Shown piece by piece: positions 10,301-18,739 of a stretch of DNA of 64,000 nt. A model generated the notes under the pieces. The model made no database searches and was not told the DNA's origin. It worked only from the letters and a program-made list of their open reading frames with translations. Position 1 is the stretch's first letter. Each line of letters opens with the position of its first letter. Origin of the DNA: a virus. Its lineage: Duplodnaviria > Caudoviricetes. The position numbers and the translations under genes are program-made. The DNA is taken from the IMG/VR virus record IMGVR_UViG_3300048995_000010, positions 1 to 64,000 of that record; one strand, 5' to 3'.

Positions 10301-13300
10301 ATCTGCGCTTCAGAAGCTATATCTGCCCACTCTTTATCTACTCTCGCCAGATTGTTATTATCTCCATACATTACTGTGATTAGGTTTGTCCATAACTCCA
10401 GTATTCTATCTGCTACAACAATGTCATTGATACTTGGATTCTTCCGTGTCATGATATCATTCACCCATTTAAGCTGAGTCTTGCCAACACTTGCTATAAG
10501 GGAAAGATCCTGCTCGTCTTTTAGTTTGAGGATCTCATTGTCCAGATCATCCAGGAGTTTACGTTTACGTACAGCCTGTTCTTGAGTGATGGTACCAGTA
10601 AATGTCTGCTTGATCTCTCTTTTCTGATCTTCCAGGCGAGCAATAATTGTCTCCAACTTTCTGGCTTCAGTACTACCAATATTCATAGAGGCCATACTTG
10701 AATTTTTGAAAACATCCGGATTGACCTCAGCTATACCTTTTGGTGTAATGGTAGACACAGCCTTATCCATGTACATGACATTCATAGCAGCTTTTACACC
10801 TTCTTCTAACAAAGAACCTTGTTGAACTCCTATTCCGATAAATTCTGCAATAGAATTCATAATGGCAGATATAGCATCCATTACCTTATCCCAGAAAGAT
10901 TTCTCTATACTAGCCTGTCGGTTATTCAACCACTTCATCACATCTTTATCTGTGAAGATGTGAGCCAAAAATTCAGCATTGGAAGTTAAAGCATACTCCA
11001 ACTTCTCTTTCATACCCTCAGCTATAGTCAACTCCTTCACTTCCTTTTTGAACTGTTGATATGCCTGTTCACGGACGGTATTGAGTGCTTTCACATTCTT
11101 ATAGATCTCCGGATTTTCAGCAATAAGTTGTCTGGAGATCTTCAGCCACTTCTGATAATTTTCTTCTCCCAGTTTCCTTTTGTAGTATTCCTCGTTATCA
11201 ACTATATCAAAAAGAGTAACAGTCCCAGCTGTATGGTAGTGAATCAACTCGTGGATAAGTGTCTTATTGAAATCCTTATACTGTAAGGCTGTACTGAATT
11301 GCAAAAGATTACTATCAGAACTCATTTTTGCATCTTCTCCAGTCTTCTGCAGGACTGTAGTAAACTCATACCGGAAAGCAGAACGATCCCCCAGGGTCTG
11401 GGTAAGTAAACTATTCTCTACTGCTACCTGAGGTTTATTAAGCATCTCAGCCAGCTGCTGGTAGAGAACAGGTACGGTAGGAGTAGAAGTCATCTGATCC
11501 AGTACATTACTAATGAATCCCCATCCGCCTACAGTGGGGATACCATATATCTCTTGTGCATGACTAGACTGAGTCTCTTTTGTTTTTGAAAGTTGATAGG
11601 CTTTATTCTCTGGAATAATCGATTCACCAAATGAAGGAGAGTATTCATCGATCTGATTGTTTCCCAGGTAGTCTATACGCTCATAGTTAAGGTAAGAAGT
11701 CTGCTGATAGATAACCCACTTGTTGGTTTCAGTATCCCGGAGAGTCAAAAATTGAGGATATACTTCTAATCCATCCTTCCTTACCCATAATTTTCTGGCA
11801 GGGTGTTCAGGATCTTCCTGGTTTATTACCGGAACTGTAAATGACTCAGGATACTGTTCATAAGGAGTACCTGTCTCCTTGAGGTCTGGTGAGATCTGTT
11901 TACCATACTGAGGATAGTGCTGCAAAAATTGAGTGATGAAGATCTCCGGGATAGCTTCTCCAGTCTGTAACTCCTCAGTAGCCTCTAGTAAAGAGGTACC
12001 CAGGATATAACTGACAGGGATATGTCTTGCCAGTGTGGAAGTATTACCAGTGAGAATCGCATATCTTACCAGATCTTCTCCTAATTGACGCCGGGACTCA
12101 TCCTCAGATGAGAGAATATCATTCCAACTTCTAGCTACCTCTGCAGCATCAAAACCAGTAGAGATTCCTAATGAGTAAGTCACAAAATCTGGACCTGCAC
12201 CAATAGTAGTCAGGTTAGATTCCAATCGCTGAAGCAAGTAGTTATTTCTACCCCAGGAGATTTTTGCATCCTGTACTCTCTTTGCCAGAGATGGTCCATG
12301 ATTACCAGAATAGAAGAGTCTCACTCTATCCTGTAGAATAGCTTCATCCTTACCCCATATTGGAGCTGAAGTCCATTGATAAGCCAGGAACCCTTCCGTA
12401 AGAGCCTGCTGTACTTTTGGAGAAATGAAAGTGGCACCAGTAGTCTCCTTGAATTTATCCAATACCGGAGTTAGTTTATCATAGGGGAATACTTCCAGAG
12501 CGATACTATTGATAGCCTTCATCAAGTTTTCTCGGATATACCCCTGCTCTGTAGAGTCCATTTGATCTAAACCTTGAATCTCTATTCCCCCGGAGATAGG
12601 ATTGGCAACCTGAGTATCAGTAATGGCATTTTCTTTACTAAGGGCAGTCACAATCGAAGCACCTGGTCCCCCTACATCCCAGTTGTATGCACTCTGTACA
12701 TCGGCCAGTTGTCTTCCCATCTTCCAGAGAATATCAAATAATTGTAGTACTGCCAGTTGTCTCTCATAGAAAGGTTTCGAATCTTTTGCTGTCCAGTCAT
12801 TTCGAAGATCTGTAAGATTGATCTGAGCAGGATTACTGGAGTTATGCCCGGCTAGTTGTGCATATTTCATTCCCAGGTCCTCTATCACTTTACCATATAG
12901 ATCAGACTGGAATGAATCAGAAAGACTGTCATTGGCCTGAGACATTTTCTGAGCAAACTCCATGATTATAGGTTGACGTAGTAATGCAGCCAGTTCTGGG
13001 ATACCTGCAGCTACTCCTTCTTTTGATTGCAGTCGAAGCAGAGCAGCTGCAGCATTGAAGGTGTACAGATTCAGATTGATCTGGGGAGTCACTGGGTCTT
13101 TGGCGTGATCCAAAAATCCAGACAAGAGAGTTACAATATTATCATGCTTAGTTCGACGGGCACCACCCAGGTCATGGTTGGTACTTTCTCCATACCCAGA
13201 TAACTGACTGAGTTGATGTACCTGCCCATTAGGATCTACCATTTCAAGACTAAAGGGAACAATTTCAGGTTTACCAGTCTCCTCATTTATAACCTTGCGA

Positions 13301-16300
13301 CCAAGTGTGACATTCAAAGATTCAAATACTGAGTTATTAGTCAGGGTAAGAGCGGTGTACCCTACCAATTGCTTGGCAAACTTCTGTGATTGAAAAGATT
13401 GTAGCTGTTCGATTACATCGAAGTAGTCAGTATCTGCCGGCAGAGGAACCTTATCAGCTTCCATCTTCAGGTCTGGTTTATCCAGAGGAGACAGGATTCT
13501 TTTAGTCATCTGTGAGTTCATCAGAATAGACCAGTGGATATCAAAATATGCGTTCAGGAGCTTGTCCTCATAGTCTTCTGAAGAGAGCAAGTTGCCAGCT
13601 GAATGTATATAAGGTCTCTGGTATGTGAATAGCTTATCCACATCAAAGTCAGACCCCATCTGTTTGGTGATCGCGGCCGGCACTATAATGGTGTCAGCCA
13701 TTTCATCTGGTAGGAATCCTACAATCTCTATAGGAAGCATGGAAGAGTGTCCCTGATTGGGAATACGAGCCCCCACAAGTTGCAAGAACTCTGGTGAAAT
13801 TTTTGAAGAGTCAATTACCTGATAACCATTCTCATCTGTGGTTATAAACTGTTTTATGTCCAACTTTTTGGACCCTGCAAAAAAGGAGAATGGTACCAGT
13901 ACCTGAGCGGGTTTGACTTCCCCTGTTTTTAGATCATGACGGAGTGTTTGTAATTGGCCTCCACGATAATCTCCGGCAAAAACAACACGCTTCTTCTGTT
14001 CATCTGTCATCTCAGTACTGAGATTCTGGATACCGGCAGAAGATGCCTGTACAAAGGAGTGACCATACATCTTCATCTCTGTCATGGATCCAATCTTGTT
14101 CATTAGCAGGGACTCGAATCTGGTCCGGGATGGTGAGAAGATCATGGGCATCAGGGGCTTACCATCCGTATCACGGTACAGCAGGAGCTCCAGATCATTG
14201 ATGGTATAGCCTGGTCGATTGGAAGCTTCTTTTAGGAGTGAGTCATATAACTTGTTGAAATTCTTCACTCTACCTTCCTCTACTCCTAGTTCCCGTTCAA
14301 CTTCTGACCGTTTGAGGTTAAACATTTCCTTGCGAATCTCACTACGAGCATTCATTAGAGCCTCGGGAGTTACCAGATTTCCTTGGTACTGGAAAGGTGT
14401 TGTAATAGTCGCTATACCCTGAGTGATCAGTTTATTCATCTGAGTCACAATGCCAATCTTACGTTTGTTGGCATCATGAGGGATCTCCTGCTGGATACGG
14501 AATCCCTTCCTATCCAGAGTCTGCCGGGCGGAAGGTACTGGCTGACCATTTTCTATACCGGTAAACGCTGCAGACTGCAGCACTTTTGTATCCATGGAAC
14601 CATCCTTATTGAACAGATTCAACTTTACAGCTGGCCGGCCCATCTTGGCAGCACTCTTAAAATTTACACGAGCTACACCGGTCTTCTCCATGGCACCACG
14701 TAGAGCATCCAGTTGTTTACCTATAGTGAAGGCCGGCAATAAGGGATATGCAGAAGATTTGATGTAGTGGGTTAGGATTACTCCATCTTGTAAAGCTCCT
14801 TCTCCAACGTATACTGGTTTCTGAGGGACCATAGCCAGTTTGTGTTCTGGCTTGATGAACTCATAATATTCTCCATTGGCATTCTTGATGATCTTACTCA
14901 TCTCATCATATACCTGCTTTGTTACCTGACCAACTGCAAGTTTACCATCCAGATATTCCTGAACAGTGATCAGTTCCTGAGCATCGGTAGCATTTACTTC
15001 TTCACCGTAAGCTGACACCAGGGACTCTACCTCTGAAGCTGGTCCTTCCCAGTCTTCCACTGTGATAGAGGTATACTGCGGACTATGAGACCACTCTCCG
15101 TCTTTACCCGGGGCGATGTCCTTGGCCAGACGCTTCTGGTATTCTACCAGAGTAGCAGGAATGCTTTTCTTCCACACTTCTGCAGGATCACCAAAAACAA
15201 GACGAGAAACAGAGGCATTGAAGATGAAGTGGTTTATAGAATAGTCCCGGGCAGCAAGCATACTGGCAATTCTTACTGACTCTTCTTTTGAGATCAGCTG
15301 ACCATCCCGGGTGTTGTATACATAATTTCCAGGAGAAGTCTCTACCGCTATAATACCAACTCCAGCCATCAACCTGTTCATATACTTTACGGAGAAAGGA
15401 ACAGTGTCCTTGGTAACTAATCCTTCATTCACCCAGGAATCATGGGTACGTTTCCAGAGAGTCTCTATCCTCTTATTGAACAGCTTTAGGATTGTACGTT
15501 TTGCCTCAGAAGTCTCTATAGGCTTGATGGCACCCAGATCAGTCCAGAGCCCATTGAACTCCTCCTTAGTGATCTCCCCTTTCTCCAGTAGAGACTTCAT
15601 GCTGTCCAGATTAAACTCAGGCATGGTGAAGAAGAACTTCTTTCCCTTGTCGAACTGGTCAGAGTTATAAGATTCAGTGGTCTTTGTTACTCGATTATAC
15701 TCATCCAGAAATACATTCCAGAGGGCTTGATATGTTTCGTTGGTGATAGCTTGTGTGGCTTGGGTTCCATCGGGACCTTGGGTAATACGCAACCCAGTAA
15801 CCAATTTAATTCTGGGGCCATTTTCAAAAATTGGAGTGGTAGTCTTATCTGAGTGAGTGAGAGATACATAGTCGGCATACTTCTGGTTACCTTTCTTCTC
15901 GAATAGAGCAAGACTTTCCAATAACTGTTCTCTGAATGACATGTCACTACGCGACGTGCCAGAGGTGCCCTTGGTGTACTCTGGTTTAATCCCATCCATA
16001 TAGACAAGTCCAAAACGATCTCTGAGCTCCGGGTCATTCTGCAATGCCTGTAAGAGGATGTTGTGTTCATTGATATGTGTCTGTTGTTTTTGGTTGCGGT
16101 AGTTCTCATCAGTCTTCAGGCGCCGGATCTTGTGGGAAGTGCTGGTATGCAGACCATGATCATAGATACTCTTTCCTTCAGAAGATTTGTGAGAGTTACT
16201 ATTCACCATAGGCTCAAACTGCAGAGCAGCTCTGGCCAGTACATTCATGGCAGTACCTTCTGTGTACATGGGATTATTTACCTGGAAGGAATTATCAGCT

Positions 16301-18720
16301 TCCTCGTCCTGAGCCAGTGTTCCCGCCAGACGAGCGATGAGAGCGGAGATCACACCGGCAGGAGTACCATCTTTGTTGAATTGAAACTGTCTCTCGAACG
16401 TACCCTGTAGTCTGGTACCCTTAGTGAGGTTGAGTGCATTCTTCACAAAGTTGTCGTAGAAAGCTGGAACCATCTTTAGCCCATTGGCTTCCATCAACTC
16501 CTTGAAGAGTTCTCTACCAGCCGTGTCCCAGCTGGCTGAGTCATTCACTACAGTCAGCTTCATGACCAGATTTGAGGCCAGATCCTTATTGATGACAGTA
16601 TTACCAGTAGCACCCTTGACAGCTATTGGAGCTTGTTTTTGGAATTGTTCCCAGTTCCTGAGAAGCACATTCAACTGACTACTGTAGTTGGCCTTGAAAG
16701 CTCTGGTCTGAGTGGTAGTTATACCGTCACTATTGAGAGATTGGTTGAACAAGGTCACCAAAAATTCCTGATACTGATTAGACATGACCGATACAAACTC
16801 ATTCTTTACTTCAACACTTTCCCGGTCGAGTTTCTCAGCTACCCGGCGAATAATAGGGTCTGGAGATTTCCACAACAGGGACATGAAGTTATTCAGTGAA
16901 GGATCCTGATCAGCCAGAGTAGCCATGAGCTTTTGGAAGGTATCCTCAAAGTTGATGAGCTTTGGCATACCCAGGTAGTTCTTCTGGATAGCCAGTGTAC
17001 TCTCGTCAGTCACTAGTGAAAGAGAGTAAGCTACCATTCCTGGCTTCAATTCTATCCCTTCTGAAGCTGCAGTATCTGCAAAAACGTCTAGTTGAGACTC
17101 TGTAATAGGTCCCAGAGACATCACCTTCACTATACGGCCGTCAATCTTGGTAACTGCTGTCTCACCCTTTTTAAGTCCCAGATCCTCAGCTACCTCAGGC
17201 GTCCGGATGGTAGTAGTCTTCTTTCCAGAAAGAATATCTTCTCTCACCAGAGCAGAGGTAAAGGCCATACGTATTATACGTCGATCATCACTGTCTTCTA
17301 TAGAGGACAGAAATAGTTTGATCCTTGAGGAAGCTGTATCCTTACGGTCCAGTTCAAAGGAACTATCCCGGTAGCTTCGAATCATATCACCATCATTCTG
17401 ATCTATGAGATTATCCTGGTTAGGATCATTTGTATCTTCTGTACTGTCCAAGCCGTAGATATTCAGACCGTACATCTTCAGCCGGCTGACTGCAAAACTC
17501 CACAGGTTATTGGGGTCTCCTTTTATATGAAAAACATTGAGGATATCTTGTAGATCTTTTACCCGTTGTTCTGCTATTGATTTGGTGACATCCTCAAAGC
17601 CTTTGAACTTCTTTCCCTTGACAATATCCAGGTGTCTGGTCAACCCGGCTTTCAGAACCTGCTCGGTAGCATTTTTGATATCCTGTACACTCTTCATCCC
17701 CTTTATATAGCGGCTGTAGATGATATATACCAAGGAGTCGATAGCTTCTTGTTGTTTCTCATAGGAGAACCAACCACCGGTAGGTGTACCAAATTCATCC
17801 CTCATCTTCAGGAAGTTATTCTCTTTACTCTGTGCCAGGATTTTTGCATCTACTGGTATAAGTGTGGGGGGAGTTACCTGAATATCATTGAGGATTCTGG
17901 TAGGGGTCACTGTCATGAGACCCTCAAAAGTAGGGTCAAACTTCACATTTTCAGGGACTGGATACTGCCCGAATAACTCCGCCATACGGGTCATGGTGAT
18001 TCGCGGTCCCCCGGTTTGCTTCACACCAGGGGTATTCCTCTTGTAAGGTACCGGATATACCTTGTCTGGATTTTTGGCTGCAGTATCATATAAGGCTTTG
18101 ATTCGCGTGGAGATCTGAGATTCAGAGGTACCATCCTTGGTGAACATCTCTGGAGTGATCTCAACTTCTGGTTGAGTAGGCTTGGTATCTGACGGAGGCT
18201 TCATGCCATTAGTTAGAACATTTCCTACCCACTCTGCTTGAGGCTCTCCGTTGGCATCCAATGGTATGACTGACTTTCTGGTTTTTGCTAGTTCCTCTGG
18301 CACAAAGAACTCTTTTGAAGCTAAACCTGGAGCGGAGAATTGTCCTCCCGGAGTATTGCTGGCTCTATATGTTTCAAGATCTGCTGCAGGGATGTCAATA
18401 TAGGTTACATTATTATCACCTTCCCCGAAAGTCTTGTTATAGTACTGAGCTTCTTCGTAAGTATCTGTAAAGAATGAACCTGTAGGACGATCCTTTATAG
18501 TGTCTTTAACCCAGTCTGGAGCTGGTGTATCCTTTGGGGAAACAGTCTCTCCTCTATATAATCTGACCATACCTTCAGATGGCGCAAAGCGAAACTTGAA
18601 TTGTTCTGATTTGGTTTCATACCAGTATTGTTCAGCTTTCTCAGGACCATACTTCATCTCTAAAGTGGTATACAACAAAGAAGGCTCCCCATTGGGAGCC
18701 CGGAAATTACAGTTCGACAT
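7357..18720 (-). CDS. virion-packaged DNA-dependent RNA polymerase (crAss-like, phi14:2 gp66-type) polyprotein with accessory domains
   Basis: Catalytic GSDFDVDK (~13633-13659) preceded by RIPNQG; ~3,790 aa; start MSNCNF at 18720; HELIH zincin motif. Confidence 0.92.
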   Translation of the reverse strand: MSNCNFRAPNGEPSLLYTTLEMKYGPEKAEQYWYETKSEQFKFRFAPSEGMVRLYRGETVSPKDTPAPDWVKDTIKDRPTGSFFTDTYEEAQYYNKTFGEGDNNVTYIDIPAADLETYRASNTPGGQFSAPGLASKEFFVPEELAKTRKSVIPLDANGEPQAEWVGNVLTNGMKPPSDTKPTQPEVEITPEMFTKDGTSESQISTRIKALYDTAAKNPDKVYPVPYKRNTPGVKQTGGPRITMTRMAELFGQYPVPENVKFDPTFEGLMTVTPTRILNDIQVTPPTLIPVDAKILAQSKENNFLKMRDEFGTPTGGWFSYEKQQEAIDSLVYIIYSRYIKGMKSVQDIKNATEQVLKAGLTRHLDIVKGKKFKGFEDVTKSIAEQRVKDLQDILNVFHIKGDPNNLWSFAVSRLKMYGLNIYGLDSTEDTNDPNQDNLIDQNDGDMIRSYRDSSFELDRKDTASSRIKLFLSSIEDSDDRRIIRMAFTSALVREDILSGKKTTTIRTPEVAEDLGLKKGETAVTKIDGRIVKVMSLGPITESQLDVFADTAASEGIELKPGMVAYSLSLVTDESTLAIQKNYLGMPKLINFEDTFQKLMATLADQDPSLNNFMSLLWKSPDPIIRRVAEKLDRESVEVKNEFVSVMSNQYQEFLVTLFNQSLNSDGITTTQTRAFKANYSSQLNVLLRNWEQFQKQAPIAVKGATGNTVINKDLASNLVMKLTVVNDSASWDTAGRELFKELMEANGLKMVPAFYDNFVKNALNLTKGTRLQGTFERQFQFNKDGTPAGVISALIARLAGTLAQDEEADNSFQVNNPMYTEGTAMNVLARAALQFEPMVNSNSHKSSEGKSIYDHGLHTSTSHKIRRLKTDENYRNQKQQTHINEHNILLQALQNDPELRDRFGLVYMDGIKPEYTKGTSGTSRSDMSFREQLLESLALFEKKGNQKYADYVSLTHSDKTTTPIFENGPRIKLVTGLRITQGPDGTQATQAITNETYQALWNVFLDEYNRVTKTTESYNSDQFDKGKKFFFTMPEFNLDSMKSLLEKGEITKEEFNGLWTDLGAIKPIETSEAKRTILKLFNKRIETLWKRTHDSWVNEGLVTKDTVPFSVKYMNRLMAGVGIIAVETSPGNYVYNTRDGQLISKEESVRIASMLAARDYSINHFIFNASVSRLVFGDPAEVWKKSIPATLVEYQKRLAKDIAPGKDGEWSHSPQYTSITVEDWEGPASEVESLVSAYGEEVNATDAQELITVQEYLDGKLAVGQVTKQVYDEMSKIIKNANGEYYEFIKPEHKLAMVPQKPVYVGEGALQDGVILTHYIKSSAYPLLPAFTIGKQLDALRGAMEKTGVARVNFKSAAKMGRPAVKLNLFNKDGSMDTKVLQSAAFTGIENGQPVPSARQTLDRKGFRIQQEIPHDANKRKIGIVTQMNKLITQGIATITTPFQYQGNLVTPEALMNARSEIRKEMFNLKRSEVERELGVEEGRVKNFNKLYDSLLKEASNRPGYTINDLELLLYRDTDGKPLMPMIFSPSRTRFESLLMNKIGSMTEMKMYGHSFVQASSAGIQNLSTEMTDEQKKRVVFAGDYRGGQLQTLRHDLKTGEVKPAQVLVPFSFFAGSKKLDIKQFITTDENGYQVIDSSKISPEFLQLVGARIPNQGHSSMLPIEIVGFLPDEMADTIIVPAAITKQMGSDFDVDKLFTYQRPYIHSAGNLLSSEDYEDKLLNAYFDIHWSILMNSQMTKRILSPLDKPDLKMEADKVPLPADTDYFDVIEQLQSFQSQKFAKQLVGYTALTLTNNSVFESLNVTLGRKVINEETGKPEIVPFSLEMVDPNGQVHQLSQLSGYGESTNHDLGGARRTKHDNIVTLLSGFLDHAKDPVTPQINLNLYTFNAAAALLRLQSKEGVAAGIPELAALLRQPIIMEFAQKMSQANDSLSDSFQSDLYGKVIEDLGMKYAQLAGHNSSNPAQINLTDLRNDWTAKDSKPFYERQLAVLQLFDILWKMGRQLADVQSAYNWDVGGPGASIVTALSKENAITDTQVANPISGGIEIQGLDQMDSTEQGYIRENLMKAINSIALEVFPYDKLTPVLDKFKETTGATFISPKVQQALTEGFLAYQWTSAPIWGKDEAILQDRVRLFYSGNHGPSLAKRVQDAKISWGRNNYLLQRLESNLTTIGAGPDFVTYSLGISTGFDAAEVARSWNDILSSEDESRRQLGEDLVRYAILTGNTSTLARHIPVSYILGTSLLEATEELQTGEAIPEIFITQFLQHYPQYGKQISPDLKETGTPYEQYPESFTVPVINQEDPEHPARKLWVRKDGLEVYPQFLTLRDTETNKWVIYQQTSYLNYERIDYLGNNQIDEYSPSFGESIIPENKAYQLSKTKETQSSHAQEIYGIPTVGGWGFISNVLDQMTSTPTVPVLYQQLAEMLNKPQVAVENSLLTQTLGDRSAFRYEFTTVLQKTGEDAKMSSDSNLLQFSTALQYKDFNKTLIHELIHYHTAGTVTLFDIVDNEEYYKRKLGEENYQKWLKISRQLIAENPEIYKNVKALNTVREQAYQQFKKEVKELTIAEGMKEKLEYALTSNAEFLAHIFTDKDVMKWLNNRQASIEKSFWDKVMDAISAIMNSIAEFIGIGVQQGSLLEEGVKAAMNVMYMDKAVSTITPKGIAEVNPDVFKNSSMASMNIGSTEARKLETIIARLEDQKREIKQTFTGTITQEQAVRKRKLLDDLDNEILKLKDEQDLSLIASVGKTQLKWVNDIMTRKNPSINDIVVADRILELWTNLITVMYGDNNNLARVDKEWADIASEAQIKRQQLTNLSIDALIYASGGLLSRRDFSVKELEDPSWIQVRVRGLSSAAKSKVLQYVTTYMEQAGRMVNEEVLRVLKTTQKLEDDFLAYAGSKSNLPEVYKKLMQENKTGTAWGLVRRHSPTWYRFLIDTKEAREHRIDVINRDKGMSRAQKGQAKRIAWLDYWTTMKNASAFVDTRLFFDQTGENHKQFDKAFQELVTEVGQEQAEAAVKKAREKYKKYLELKEIFQESMEADVVNGSKTREQADKEIQEWTGRYSPNVFFDNFKNNFSVFNENNTDQYVVMMPKAKHTKYFDKKFTALQQDEKLYDLYNRLHSTLMKLRSYLPKSLQYQLGENFLPVVAKSLISDISGIPEYIKGMPDRFIRSLTASKWEETNKGNERIPISYVDTSKLKDPAEIASRSKDLVKITEIFAAMAIHYKHFANAKDVIDMGQSIIREIDRTRMSDGKTIDENGKVIAAPQGLKNAMEALQYMKEYVMFKKAKALEGNTGTKIYSANIKTQVQTANRVKELIIQKEKLNQQLIDGDIEGDDWKDKTEKIDQELLRYDGKPVYGSKVGDKLISIAQAKALSFNPFSAMANFTFGVVSAAIFANGRQEFGNKEFMRALRTMMKSTGKYLTFGGADSETARKIMNVMDRLGVMGDVVESQYGKLEHRERVPKWKKTINPYTWLRSGDYFCRGLNTVATLLKQQVKVTEDGVEKEISMWEALDSNGEWNETKYGKRLEYFSENVEDQTEWNKLRDKIARVNMIIMGNVDKVSPKMANKWIIGRLLGQFRLSWLPEGWYNRWAEEKLDIQLGRVTKGRFTTLKDLGIGGSLKVLLKQFASIVSKTDPFTGQHKMDGKPISIADIENMRKNFAEINFYLMVLGAIFMLRSMFGGDDDDDESQALQILINMIIRTKQDLTFYSSPEVFDTITRNAVPSFGVIKDYSKALDASWKIMTDDDYTADRWALKMTHAGLPIPQATLVNKIKYMSERDLDDLSR

Positions 18721-18739
18721 AGAGTATTTTTGGATGTAA

